64,000 bases of DNA from NCBI GenBank assembly GCA_963667845.2, contig CAXXVL010000001.1, forward strand, positions 288,001 through 352,000, read 5' to 3'. Of the stretch, positions 19,174 through 29,234 are shown piece after piece (the first letter of the stretch is position 1; each line of letters begins with the position of its first letter). This stretch comes from Smithellaceae bacterium (GTDB lineage Bacteria; Desulfobacterota; Syntrophia; Syntrophales; Smithellaceae). Below the pieces are notes generated by a model. It did not search any database. It saw only the letters and a program-made list of their open reading frames with translations, and was not told the origin of the DNA. The translations under genes and the position numbers were made by a program.

Positions 19174-19893
19174 TCAGGACAAGCGAATCTTACCCGAATT
19201 CCCGCTCTTGACGGCTTCGTACACTTTCTTCTCAGCAAACTTCAGGATATTGCCCATCGCTTTGCGCGAGGCAACGTCGTCTTTGCGCTTCAAGGCTTTC
19301 ATAAGCTTCAGATTCAGCTCCAGCGATGCCTCCGGTGTGCCTTCCATGGAATAAAATAATTCGGCAAAAAATGAATATACCGGCTTGAAGGATTGAAAGA
19401 CCAGTCTGCTGATGATGTCTCCCGAGATGGTGATGACGGCTCTGTGAAAATCGTAATCGCATTCTGCCAGCACCGCCGCGTCCTTCAAGTGGCGCTTCTT
19501 TCTTTCGAGGCTCGACTCCAGGTATCCGATATCGCTTTCCTGAATGTGGAGCGCGGCACGGCCTGCGGCTTCCGTCTCGGTTACAAACCGGAACCTCAAA
19601 AGCGATTCGATGGTCGGCCGGTCAATCGTTCTTTTAACGCGGAGGACCTGGACCAGCGTCTCCACGGAGCCTTCCCGGTTAAAGTCCCTGACGTAGGTTC
19701 CGCTCTGGGGGTGCGTCACAACAAATCCGCTCTGGGCGAGCATCGCGATGGCTTCCCGGATCGCGAAGCGGCTGGCCTTGTATTTCTGCACAAGCTCTCT
19801 TTCGGGCGGCAGCTTGCTTGCGATAGGGTAAGCTCCCTTGATGATATCGTTGAGCATATCGCTGTATATTCTACCGGGCAGCCCTCTGTTCAT
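19174..19893 (-). CDS. GntR/FadR-family transcriptional regulator
   Basis: LPPERELV..Y.ASR..IREA..L...G.V......GTYV; FCD domain D..FH. Confidence 0.93.
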   Translation of the reverse strand: MNRGLPGRIYSDMLNDIIKGAYPIASKLPPERELVQKYKASRFAIREAIAMLAQSGFVVTHPQSGTYVRDFNREGSVETLVQVLRVKRTIDRPTIESLLRFRFVTETEAAGRAALHIQESDIGYLESSLERKKRHLKDAAVLAECDYDFHRAVITISGDIISRLVFQSFKPVYSFFAELFYSMEGTPEASLELNLKLMKALKRKDDVASRKAMGNILKFAEKKVYEAVKSGNSGKIRLS

Positions 19894-19982
19894 TGCGCTT
19901 TAACCTCCATGATTCAACCGGTCCGTACGCCATCGGTGCATTAAAAAATCCGGACGCGCGTTTGCCGTTTCAATAAAACCCC

Positions 19983-20023
19983 TTGACAATTGGTTATACC
20001 AATAATAAAACTGGTATGACCAA
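19983..20023 (+). promoter_or_regulatory. Sigma70-like promoter overlapped by two FadR-type TGGT-N3-ACCA operators
   Basis: TTGACA at 19983; ATTGGT-TAT-ACCAAT at 19989-20003; TGGT-ATG-ACCA at 20012-20022; divergent from the FadR gene. Confidence 0.75.
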
Positions 20024-20241
20024 TTATACGTGCCGGCGAGGAATTGCAATGAAAATTTCACTTGATCGATCCGGATCACACGTATCGGTCCGTCGCCGCG
20101 TCGATCAGGGTCAGGGGAGAACCGGAGGGGCTTTTTAATAGACTGATTCTTGAGGCTCCGGCAAGGATCTTCGTGCCCGGACCTTCAGGACGGTTCGCGG
20201 TTTATGGCGCGCCGCGCAATACAAATGCCGGATAACTTCTG

Positions 20242-20342
20242 ATTAACCATATCGCAGCAAGCTCGCGAGGCATGAAATGAACTTCATTATATCGCACTAA
20301 TCTACGGAGAATTAACGCTCGTCGGGCGTGAGCGGGATTTAA
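20242..20342 (+). repeat. ~100-bp triple-hairpin dispersed element, copy C
   Basis: Matches the consensus; ends just before the SD of the next gene. Confidence 0.9.
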
Positions 20343-20357
20343 GAATGGAGGAAGAGG

Positions 20358-21860
20358 ATGAGTGACTATGATGTGATTGTGATTGGCGCGGGGATCGGCG
20401 GCTTGTGCGCGGGGGCATTGCTTTCGCATCAGGGCCGAAAGGTTCTGGTCCTGGAACAGGCCGAGCGCGTCGGCGGATGCTGTTCAACCTATGAGCACAA
20501 CGGTTATAAAATCGACATCGGGGCATCCATTATCGAATTTCCCCAGGTCATCAACTGGGCCTTCAAGCGGATGGGCACGACATTCCAAAAAGAGGTCGAC
20601 CTTATCGCGGTCGATCCGACATTTACCGCCCGGCTGCATGACGGAACGGAAATCACCTTTCCCATTGACCTCGCGAAGACAAAAGAAGAAATAAGAAAGC
20701 TCGCGCCGGAAGATGTAAAGGGCTGGGAGAACTATTCCAAAGAGATGGAGGGATTTCTCAAAGCCGCCCTGGATGGGTTCTTCGTTACCCCGGCCCGGTC
20801 GCTGACGGATGTGTGCAAGCTCTTTGCCAAGACCCCTGCTCTCCTGAAATACGGGTCGCTCTTTTTCGGCAGTTATGAAGGAGTGCTGCGAAAACATCTG
20901 AAGAATGAAAAACTGCTGGAGGCCCTGTCCTTTCACAGCTTCTATTGCGGCCTGCCGCCGGCCCTTTTGCCCGGCCATTATTCGATGATTCCCTATGCGG
21001 AGCATGGCGGCATCTATTATGCCCGGGGCGGGATGATCGGCATCCCCCTGGGCTTTCAAAAATGCGGCGAACGCAAGGGCATGCAAGTCCGGCTAAAGGC
21101 AGACGTGCAAAAGGTCATTGTGGAAAACAAAACCGCCAAAGGCGTGCAGCTTGCCGATGGCACGGTCATCACCGCTAAAATCATCATCTCCGACATCAAT
21201 TCCAAAAAGCTCTACATGGACATGATCGACCAGAAGAATCTTTCATGGCTGGCAAAGACAGGGTATAAAAGTTACCGGTATTCCATGGCCACCCCGATGA
21301 TCTATTTATGCCTCGATTACAAGCCGCCGCTCAAAGACCACCACACCCTGATGACCGTGCCCATGCAGCAGATGAACGACTACTGGTTCAATCATTACGA
21401 GAAAGGTCAATTCCCCGCGGAGCAATTCGGAATCCTGAGCTGGACGACCCGGTCCGATCCGTCGCTTGCGCCCAAAGGCCACCACATTATCGCCGTCACC
21501 CTTGCCCCCGGGCCTTACCGGCTCGCAGGCACAACATGGGACAAAGAAAAAGAAACCATCAAGCAAAGCGTCATCAAGTATCTGGAGAGTAAGTATCTTC
21601 CCGGGCTGCGGGAGCACATTGTCTATGAGGACTTCTCCACACCGGTGGATTTTGAAAGACGGCTGAAATCGCCGGAAGGCGCCATCTACGCCATTCGCCA
21701 GGATCTTACCAATGCTATGATGTTCCGGCCGTCGGCCAAATCCAAGCAGATTAAAGGACTTTATCTTGTCGGTGCGTCCACTCATCCCGGCGGCGGAGTT
21801 CCCACCGTGACCGCCTCGGCCATGATCGCGGCTGACCTGATCAGTAAGTACGAACAGTAG
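20358..21860 (+). CDS. Phytoene desaturase (CrtI)-like FAD oxidoreductase
   Basis: VIVIGAGIGGL..G..L...G.KVLVLE...VGG, TP.DF.......GAIY, GLYLVG.STHPGGGVP. Confidence 0.88.
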   Translation: MSDYDVIVIGAGIGGLCAGALLSHQGRKVLVLEQAERVGGCCSTYEHNGYKIDIGASIIEFPQVINWAFKRMGTTFQKEVDLIAVDPTFTARLHDGTEITFPIDLAKTKEEIRKLAPEDVKGWENYSKEMEGFLKAALDGFFVTPARSLTDVCKLFAKTPALLKYGSLFFGSYEGVLRKHLKNEKLLEALSFHSFYCGLPPALLPGHYSMIPYAEHGGIYYARGGMIGIPLGFQKCGERKGMQVRLKADVQKVIVENKTAKGVQLADGTVITAKIIISDINSKKLYMDMIDQKNLSWLAKTGYKSYRYSMATPMIYLCLDYKPPLKDHHTLMTVPMQQMNDYWFNHYEKGQFPAEQFGILSWTTRSDPSLAPKGHHIIAVTLAPGPYRLAGTTWDKEKETIKQSVIKYLESKYLPGLREHIVYEDFSTPVDFERRLKSPEGAIYAIRQDLTNAMMFRPSAKSKQIKGLYLVGASTHPGGGVPTVTASAMIAADLISKYEQ

Positions 21861-21873
21861 AGGAGAATAACCC

Positions 21874-22014
21874 ATGAAAATAATCATCATCATCATCGCG
21901 GTAATTTTATTGTGCCTGTTCCTGCTGTATGCCACTTTTTCAAAATCAAGAAAGCAATTCATTAAAAACCTGCTTTCTCAGGCAAAATATCTGATTCCCC
22001 GTTACTTCACATAA
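21874..22014 (+). CDS. Small single-pass membrane protein, 46 aa (MKIIIIIIAVILLCLFLLYATFSKSRKQFIKNLLSQAKYLIPRYFT), absent from the ORF track
   Basis: SD AGGAG at 21861 directly after the upstream stop; hydrophobic N-terminus, basic tail. Confidence 0.65.
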   Translation: MKIIIIIIAVILLCLFLLYATFSKSRKQFIKNLLSQAKYLIPRYFT

Positions 22015-22231
22015 AGAAGGACTCTGTGACAAAGGGACACGTGGCCCATTGGGCACGCCCTTAAGAAATTAAGTATCTCTATACGGTCAGCTATTCAATC
22101 GCTTGCCGAGAAAAGATTGAGAAAGAACGAAGATAACAAAATACTTAACGGCATCCCCTTTGCCGCCGCGGCTTGACAAGCAGGCTTCTTCCATAAGATT
22201 GTTGGTACAAACTTTCTGCTCGAGGTGCATC

Positions 22232-23863
22232 ATGAATCGAAAATCGTCAACAGCAAGACCCTTTACAAGCATCCTTCTACTGATTCTCTTGATCTTCAGC
22301 ATCGGTGGATGCACGACGAAAAATCCGCCGTCAGCCAAAACCGACTACGACGTCATCGTCATCGGCGCGGGCATGGGCGGGCTTTCCGCTGCGGCGCATC
22401 TGGCCGTCAACGGGCAAAAAGTGCTGATCCTTGAAAAACACAGCCGCGTGGGCGGCAGCACATCCAACTTCACCCGCGGCGAATTCACATTTGATACGGC
22501 ACTCCACGAAATGGCGGGTGGCGGCCCCGGCAAGCTGGACCGCGGCCTGTATCGGCTTCTCAAGCTGACCGGCGTGGACAAAAAAATCGAGCTCTACGAA
22601 GTCCCGCATTTTTACCGGTCCGTCTTCCCCGGTGTCGACATCACCCTGCCTCCAAACTGGACAGGATTTGAAAACGCCCTCAAGAAAAAATGGCCGGAAG
22701 AAGCCGACGGTATCGATAAATTTCATGCCCTCTGCAGGGATCTTTCCGGGGATATGCTGGAGCTTCGGGATCTCTTCCGCTACGGCAGTGTGCGCGGCAC
22801 TCTCACGCAAGTAATGGTACCGCTCCGCCAGCCCACCTTCTTTAAATGGAAGGACCGCACCGTGCAGGACCTCATGGACTATTGCTTTAAAAACGAGGAT
22901 CTCAAGGCGGTGGTTTCCCAGCTCTGGGTTTATTACGGCGCTCCGGTGGAAAAGGAATCGGCGCTGATTTTTATGGCGGCAACGGAAAGCTACTTAAGCG
23001 ACGGGGCGTGGCATATCAAAGGCACATCGCTGGCGCTGGCCGAAGGTTACGCCGCACGCATCCGCGAACTCGGCGGAACGGTTAAAACCGGCACACTGGT
23101 GACAAAAATCCTTCTGGAAAACGGCAAGGCGACCGGCATCCGGACGGCGGACGGCAAAACATATACCGCCCGTTACATCGTCGCCAACACGGACCCTTAC
23201 CAACTGGCCTACAAGCTGATCGGAAAAGAGAACCTGCCCGCCAAATATATTGATAAGCTGGAATCGATGAAGCCGGCTAATTCGCTGTTCGGGGTCTATC
23301 TGGGCCTCAATATCGATCTCAAAGCGCTCGGTTATCAGGACACGGAGATTATCTACAACACCTATCGCGACAGCACAAAGAATTACGACGCCATGATGAA
23401 GGGCGACTACTTAAACAGCTCCGTGACCGTCACCATTTACTCCAATTTGGCCGACCCGATCTACGCGCCTCCGGGCAAGTCGGTGGTCAAGCTGGACGCC
23501 TATTCCGACATTGCGGTTTGGCCTAAAGATCGGGCGGATTACACGAGATTGAAGGCGCAAAAGGTCGACGAGCTTATCACGCTGGCCGCCAGGGTGATCC
23601 CTGAGCTTCACGACCCGAAGAATATCATTGTGAAAGAAGGCTATACGCCCAGGACGATTGAAAGATACACGCTGAATAAAGGCGGTGTGGTCTATGGCTT
23701 CGAGATGACGCCTGAGCAATGGCAGAAAATCCCCAACGTGACCCCTTTCGACAACGTCTTTATCACCAGCAACTGGACGCAGGCCTGGCACGGCGTGTGC
23801 TCCGCCCAAATCAACGGCTGGCGCGCAGCCCGGCTGATCCTCGATCGGGAAAGGATTGAGTAG
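22232..23863 (+). CDS. Second CrtI/retinol-saturase-like FAD oxidoreductase with a lipoprotein signal
   Basis: MNRK..ILLLILLIFSIGG-C lipobox; VIVIGAGMGGL; TPRT.ERYT.N.GG.VYG. Confidence 0.85.
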   Translation: MNRKSSTARPFTSILLLILLIFSIGGCTTKNPPSAKTDYDVIVIGAGMGGLSAAAHLAVNGQKVLILEKHSRVGGSTSNFTRGEFTFDTALHEMAGGGPGKLDRGLYRLLKLTGVDKKIELYEVPHFYRSVFPGVDITLPPNWTGFENALKKKWPEEADGIDKFHALCRDLSGDMLELRDLFRYGSVRGTLTQVMVPLRQPTFFKWKDRTVQDLMDYCFKNEDLKAVVSQLWVYYGAPVEKESALIFMAATESYLSDGAWHIKGTSLALAEGYAARIRELGGTVKTGTLVTKILLENGKATGIRTADGKTYTARYIVANTDPYQLAYKLIGKENLPAKYIDKLESMKPANSLFGVYLGLNIDLKALGYQDTEIIYNTYRDSTKNYDAMMKGDYLNSSVTVTIYSNLADPIYAPPGKSVVKLDAYSDIAVWPKDRADYTRLKAQKVDELITLAARVIPELHDPKNIIVKEGYTPRTIERYTLNKGGVVYGFEMTPEQWQKIPNVTPFDNVFITSNWTQAWHGVCSAQINGWRAARLILDRERIE

Positions 23864-23917
23864 CCGGACACGAATTTTGAAAGCAGTAAGAAAGTTTATT
23901 ATAAAAGGAGGAAACCC

Positions 23918-25147
23918 ATGAAAATATCAGAAATCGAACTTTACCATGTATCCGTGCCTCTCCCGGAAACCTTCTGGCCGACCTGGATTCCCGGTTACCC
24001 GCAGACGCATAACAAGTTTACCCTGATCCGCCTTGTGACGGACGAGGGGATAGAGGGGTGGTCCGCCGGCTCTGCCATGGGAACGGAACGCGAGGGATTG
24101 GGAGACCTTCTCGGCGGATACCTTCTCGGAGCTGACCCGACTGATCTTGACCGCGTACAGGGATTACTAAAACAGGCCGGCTTTCTCGGCTGGAGAAATT
24201 TCTGGATAGAACCCGCCTGCTGGGACATCATGGGGAAAAAAGCCGGGAAACCCGTATACGAACTCCTGGGCGGTAATGCCCGTCCTGTCGAAGTATATTG
24301 CTCAACAGGCGAGATGCGTGATCCTGTTCAGCGGGTTGAGGGGCTGCAGGAAATGAAGAAGAAGGGCTTCCGGTGCGCCAAGCTCAGGGTAAAAAGCATC
24401 AAGCTAGAGGATGACATACGCCAGATCACGGAAGTTCGGAAGGGGATGGGCGACGACTTTGTGCTGGGGGTGGATGCCAACCAGGGGTGGCTTGTAACCA
24501 TCGTAGACAATATCCCGGCCTGGGACCTCGCCCGCGCAAAGAAGTTCGCAGACGCCTGCGCCGACCAGGGCATTGAATGGCTTGAAGAACCGCTTGATTC
24601 AAGGGACTACGACGGCAGTGCCGAACTGAAAAAATATTCAAAAGTTAAAATATCCGGAGCCGAGCTCAACTACGGCTGGGACGAAATAAAAATCATGTTT
24701 GAAAAGGACTGCTTTCATGTCTACCAGCCCGACGCCACCTTCGCCGGCGGCATTGCCCAGGTCAAAAGAGTAATTGATGAATGCAACAAGCGCGACCGCC
24801 TGTACTCGCCGCATACCTGGACGAATGGGATCGGTTTTTATATTAACTGGAATCTTGTTCTGGCAGACAGGGATAACAAACTGCCGCTGGAATATCCTTT
24901 GGAATACCCGTCATGGATACCCCAATACCGGGAGGGGATCATATCACCGATCCTACCGGATCAAAACGCCATGCTTCAGCCGTTTAAAGGGCCGGGGCTC
25001 GGTTTTGAGATTGATAAAAAGCTGCTGAAAAAATACGGCAAGCGCTTCTTCCGAATGACGGAGACCGGCCTTAAAATAAAGGTCATCAGAGAAAAAGGCA
25101 TCCTGGAAGCATTAAAATTAAAAAAAAGAAAAGAATCGCAGGAATAA
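23918..25147 (+). CDS. Enolase-superfamily enzyme (mandelate racemase/muconate lactonizing type)
   Basis: TDEG.EG, WDI.GK..G.PVY.LLGG, VDAN, WLEEP, GAE, QPD...GGI, PH. Confidence 0.92.
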   Translation: MKISEIELYHVSVPLPETFWPTWIPGYPQTHNKFTLIRLVTDEGIEGWSAGSAMGTEREGLGDLLGGYLLGADPTDLDRVQGLLKQAGFLGWRNFWIEPACWDIMGKKAGKPVYELLGGNARPVEVYCSTGEMRDPVQRVEGLQEMKKKGFRCAKLRVKSIKLEDDIRQITEVRKGMGDDFVLGVDANQGWLVTIVDNIPAWDLARAKKFADACADQGIEWLEEPLDSRDYDGSAELKKYSKVKISGAELNYGWDEIKIMFEKDCFHVYQPDATFAGGIAQVKRVIDECNKRDRLYSPHTWTNGIGFYINWNLVLADRDNKLPLEYPLEYPSWIPQYREGIISPILPDQNAMLQPFKGPGLGFEIDKKLLKKYGKRFFRMTETGLKIKVIREKGILEALKLKKRKESQE

Positions 25148-25353
25148 AAAACAAAGGACGTGCTGAGGATAAATAGGGGATCGGTCCAATTTATTATGTC
25201 AATTTACTTTCTTACCAGCGTTCCGCTGTTTCCAAGCGTCCCGCTGTTTCCCACTTGTTTTCTCAGAACATTGTCTTCAGTCAGGCATTTATTAAGTCTT
25301 GTGCCCCCCGGATTGCCAAAGTTTACACTGCGGACCGCAGTGTTGGTTTATCC

Positions 25354-25557
25354 TCAGGAAAATTGACCTGACGGGGCGCAGGAGGATGAAGCTTTTGTCG
25401 AGTTGCCCGAACCTGACGATGAAAAAGTAGACAGCTGAGTCTCCATCTTATCATGACCACAAGCAGGACAAACTGCATGCTCTTTATCGTCACTGCGAAT
25501 GCAGAGATATTCAAATATTTTTCCACATTTTTTGCATTTAAATTCGTGTATCGGCAT
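25354..25557 (-). CDS. FmdB-family zinc-ribbon protein
   Basis: MPIHEFKCKKCGKIFE...CPACG...LSTF; SD GGAGG. Confidence 0.9.
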   Translation of the reverse strand: MPIHEFKCKKCGKIFEYLCIRSDDKEHAVCPACGHDKMETQLSTFSSSGSGNSTKASSSCAPSGQFS

Positions 25558-25726
25558 AATCCTTACCTCCCTGACATTATAAAAAATGCTTCTTTTGCAG
25601 CGATTATTCCTGGGGCTAAAGTATGGTCTCACGCAAGCGATGTCAAGGACGCAAGGCATAATGCGATTAGCCCGGCATTGTGATCTGCTATGTGCGAATG
25701 GGAATGCCCTTAAGTATTTACCGTGG

Positions 25727-25770
25727 AGAAGAAAGGAGTGCCCGATCAGAAAGCAGAGGCAGTCGTTTAG
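25727..25770 (+). mobile_element. Short relic of the same IS3 element (orfA SD and start region)
   Basis: AGAAGAAAGGAGTGcCCGATcAGAAAGCAGAGGCAGTCgTTTAG matches 26352-26395 with 3 mismatches. Confidence 0.8.
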
Positions 25771-25930
25771 ACGATGGCCATTTTCAATTTACTTTTTTAC
25801 CAGCGTCCCTGTGTTTTTGGCGGTTAAAGTTTATTGATTACAAACTGAACTATGCAATAGCCGGTATCCGAATTCCACCAAACGTTTTCTTATGGCAGGA
25901 AAGGCATAAATGGCAGCGCTAACAGGCGGA

Positions 25931-26294
25931 TTACTTCTGCTTAGCGAGGAAATCCTTTGCCTCTTCGAGAGTTTTAAAAAGGACAAGGTTTTTCCTGCCT
26001 GTAAAGGTTAGGATGCCATTAAAGATCACTTCCTTTAAGCCTTCCACACCGTAAACTGCCGAGCATTTAATATATGGGGTGTTTGCCTTCACAAAATCCT
26101 TCAGGGCGGTGGTGATTTCCATGTTAAAATTTGAACCTTTGACATTTACAAGCGCAAGTATGGAATTTTGAGGTTGCTCGGAAATTATTGCTTGGGCTTT
26201 TTTAAGAAGGGGCAGTATTTCCTCGGGTTTGCTTTGTGAATAATCCTCATATAGTATCTTTACTCCATTATGCGTTATAAAGCTTACTCCTGCC
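25931..26294 (-). pseudogene. SpoIIAA/STAS-SEC14-like small protein with its start codon removed at the IS3 junction
   Basis: The open frame AGVSFITHNGVKILYEDYS...FKTLEEAKDFL runs up to the IS left end, with only a G left where ATG would be. Confidence 0.65.
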
Positions 26295-26369
26295 TGAACC
26301 TACCCCAGTTTAACGGACACTTCAAAAAGTATACAGAGTCGTATACAATGAAGAAGAAAGGAGTGTCCG

Positions 26370-26675
26370 ATGAGAAAGCAGAGGCAGTCATTTAGCCGGG
26401 AATTTAAGCTGGAAGCAGTGAGGTTGATGGAAGAAGGAAAGAAGCCAGCTGCGGAACTAGCCCGGGAGCTTGGGCTAAGGAGAAACCAGCTTTATAAATG
26501 GAAAGAAAAGACGGATCTACATGGTGGCGGTGCGTTTCCCGGACATGGGCGACGAGCTTCAAGCGGAACAGAAGCGGAAGAGATCAGCAAATTGAAACGC
26601 GAGTTGGAACGAGTTAAGGAAGAGAATGAAATCTTAAAAAAAGCCGCAGCGTTCTTTGCGCGGGAAATGAAGTGA
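26370..26675 (+). CDS. IS3 transposase OrfA
   Basis: HTH FS.EFKLEAV...ARELG, coiled coil ENEILKKAAAFF; A7G slippery site at 26636-26643. Confidence 0.93.
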   Translation: MRKQRQSFSREFKLEAVRLMEEGKKPAAELARELGLRRNQLYKWKEKTDLHGGGAFPGHGRRASSGTEAEEISKLKRELERVKEENEILKKAAAFFAREMK

Positions 26676-27535
26676 AGTATCGGTTTATCCGGTCGCAGAG
26701 AACGCAATATAGAGTAGCGGTGATGTGTAGAGTATTAGAAGTATCCAGAAGTGGATATTATGGTTGGATGGATCGTCCGGAGAGCGAACGAACAAAACGG
26801 CATCGAGAATTAACCGTTAAGATACGGCAGGCGCATCTTGCCAGCAGGAAGATATATGGCGCGCCGCGCATTCATGGCGATTTGATTGATCAAGGGGAAC
26901 AAGTTGGTCGAAACACCGTGGCCAGTTTGATGCGGAAAGCGAATATTCAATCAAAAGTACATAAACGTTTTGTGGTAACGACCGATTCAAGAGGAACCAG
27001 AAAACCCGCTGAGAACTTACTAGGCGGAGAATTTACATCAGACACAGCCAATCGGAAGTGGGTATCTGATGTGACGTTTATCCCGACCCGGAAAGGCTGG
27101 TTATATTTATCGGCGATCATGGACCTTTATTCCCGAATGGTTGTTGGCTGGTCAATGGGGGAGAAAAACAGTACCGAGTTGATTGAGGATGCCTTAAAGA
27201 TGGCGACGGCTCACAGAAAAAACATTAAGGGCGTGCTTTTGCATTCGGACCAGGGTGTGCAGTATGCGTCGACATCTTATCAGCAGTTATTAAGCAGCCT
27301 GGGTATCATCTGCAGTATGAGCCGGAAAGGTAATTGTTGGGATAATGCACCGATGGAGAGTTTCTTTCATTCTTTGAAAACCGAGTGGGTAGGCTTTGAG
27401 GATTACAAGACCCGATCGGAAGCCCGAGCCAGCCTGTTTGATTACATCGAGCTCTTTTATAATCGCAAACGCAGGCATTCTACGTTACAGAACAGAAGTC
27501 CCTGGGCCTTTGAAAATGCCGGGGTTGTCCCTTAA
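26672..27535 (+). CDS. IS3 transposase OrfB (DDE), fused to OrfA by a -1 frameshift
   Basis: W.SD.T, HSDQG.QY, GNCWDNAPMESFF. Confidence 0.95.
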   Translation: MKYRFIRSQRTQYRVAVMCRVLEVSRSGYYGWMDRPESERTKRHRELTVKIRQAHLASRKIYGAPRIHGDLIDQGEQVGRNTVASLMRKANIQSKVHKRFVVTTDSRGTRKPAENLLGGEFTSDTANRKWVSDVTFIPTRKGWLYLSAIMDLYSRMVVGWSMGEKNSTELIEDALKMATAHRKNIKGVLLHSDQGVQYASTSYQQLLSSLGIICSMSRKGNCWDNAPMESFFHSLKTEWVGFEDYKTRSEARASLFDYIELFYNRKRRHSTLQNRSPWAFENAGVVP

Positions 27536-27838
27536 CCGAGGTGTCCGTTTTTCTGGGGGAAGATCACTGTTAACTTATTAACTTCTGATGGACGACGGCT
27601 GCGCCCTTAAAATTGTAAGTTAATGGTAAAAAAAGCCGGGCGTCGCCTTCCGGCTTTGCTTTATGAAGTAGCTTCGTCAAGCGCGATGCTAATTTTGTAG
27701 ATCTTATGCCCGGTTCTGTTTTCATTATTCCATTGAACGGGATCAAGACCGGTGATACTAGAGTAATCGAGCCGAAGGCGAAATCGCCGTAGCTGATCCC
27801 GTAGCAACGGCTTGTATCCTGGCCCGGAGCATATTTAA

Positions 27839-28090
27839 ATGTCTGTCCATATCATTCCTGTTGATAAACTCAGTGATGAAGCCTTGAAGGGGGTCATCGA
27901 CGAATTTATTTCCAGGTGTGGGACGGATTATGGCGCAGTGGAGGCTTCCTCTGAAACAAAATTCAGACAGGCCAAACAAAAACTGGCAAGCGGTCTGGCC
28001 GTGCTTATCTTTGACGACGAGACCGAGACCACTAATATATTTATGAAAGACGATCCTGTCTTAAAGAAGATTGATAAATTAAATGAATAA
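27839..28090 (+). CDS. YheU/UPF0270-family protein
   Basis: IP...LS.EAL..VI.EF..R.GTDYG..E; L.SG.A...FD..TET. Confidence 0.85.
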   Translation: MSVHIIPVDKLSDEALKGVIDEFISRCGTDYGAVEASSETKFRQAKQKLASGLAVLIFDDETETTNIFMKDDPVLKKIDKLNE

Positions 28091-29147
28091 AATAAGCCAC
28101 GGGCATGGCCCCCAAAGCAAGACTACGAAGCCTCACGTAAAAAAAATCAAGGCTGCTATACCTTCTGCTTTGCCGGATCGGGAAACTCGCCCATTCCAAC
28201 GCGTGACCTCGCGCCACATTAAGGTGGTCAGGTCAGGCACTGCACTTCCGGAATCGGGGTCTCACAATAAAAAAGATCTGCCGCAAAACGTTTTGCGCGT
28301 GACGCGCCCTTGCAAGCTTCTGGAGTTTCTCTGCGAATCATTTCCTGAGCGGAGCCGGAAATCCGTCAAAGCGCTTATTGAATTAAAGCAGATCATGATC
28401 CGCGAACAGTTTGTCACCTGGTTCAATTATCAACTCGAGCCGGGGATGGATGTTATCGTCCTGAAAAAGAATACGTCACAAAACAGGACGCTGCGGAAAA
28501 TGAATTTGCTCTTTGAAGATGATCATCTGATCGTGATTGAGAAATCGGCAGGGCTTCTTTCGGTCGCGAGTGAAAAGGGCAATGACGAAACGGGCTTCAG
28601 CATTTTAAAAAGCGCCGTGAAGAAAAACCATCACGACGCGGAGGTGCATGTTGTTCATCGTCTGGATCGTGATACCTCGGGTGTCATGATGTTTGCCAAA
28701 AGCAAAGAGATTCAGCAGAAATTGCAGGACAATTGGGATGCCATCGTTACAAAGCGGATTTACTATGCGGTGGTCGAGGGATGCGTCGAAAAACAGAGAG
28801 GTGAAATTGTATCGTCTCTTAAAGAAGATAAATCATTGCGCGTGTATTCATCAAAAACGCCGGAAGATGGACAAAAAGCGATTACCCGTTACCGTGTTTT
28901 GAAAAGCAGTACCCGATATACGCTGCTGGAAGTTGAATTAAAGACGGGCCGAAAAAATCAGATACGCGTTCATCTTCAGGACATCGGCCACAGCATCGCC
29001 GGTGATAAGAAATACGGGGCAACAACCAATCCGCTGCGCCGTCTCGCGCTGCATGCGGGAATCCTGGAGTTCACGCATCCGGCAACCGGCAAGCGCATGC
29101 ATTTTGAAACACCGATTCCTGCAATTCTGGAAACTGTGTTCAGGTAA
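28083..29147 (+). CDS. RluA/RluD-family pseudouridine synthase
   Basis: VHRLDRDTSG, L.TGRKNQIRVH, GD.KYG, RLALHA. Confidence 0.95.
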   Translation: MNKISHGHGPQSKTTKPHVKKIKAAIPSALPDRETRPFQRVTSRHIKVVRSGTALPESGSHNKKDLPQNVLRVTRPCKLLEFLCESFPERSRKSVKALIELKQIMIREQFVTWFNYQLEPGMDVIVLKKNTSQNRTLRKMNLLFEDDHLIVIEKSAGLLSVASEKGNDETGFSILKSAVKKNHHDAEVHVVHRLDRDTSGVMMFAKSKEIQQKLQDNWDAIVTKRIYYAVVEGCVEKQRGEIVSSLKEDKSLRVYSSKTPEDGQKAITRYRVLKSSTRYTLLEVELKTGRKNQIRVHLQDIGHSIAGDKKYGATTNPLRRLALHAGILEFTHPATGKRMHFETPIPAILETVFR

Positions 29148-29166
29148 AATAATCGAGACGGTTTTG

Positions 29167-29234
29167 ATCAGCCATTTCATTAGTTCGCAGCAAGCTATGG
29201 CGAATTGATGCTCGTCCCGCGTGAACGGGATTAA
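29167..29234 (+). repeat. Triple-hairpin element, internally deleted copy D
   Basis: ATCAGCCA..TTCGCAGCAAGCT..GCTCGTCCCGCGTGAACGGGATTAA. Confidence 0.8.

Larger units (their letters stand above)
26295..27566 (+). mobile_element. IS3-family insertion sequence (1272 bp)
   Basis: Terminal IRs TGAACCTACCCCAGTTTAACGGACAC and GTGTCCGTTTTTCTGGGGGAAGATCA (TG...CA ends); orfA plus orfB. Confidence 0.95.

Noticed and set aside
20358..23863. Carotenoid biosynthesis cluster
   Set aside because: There is no crtB or crtE, one enzyme is a lipoprotein, and the context looks catabolic.
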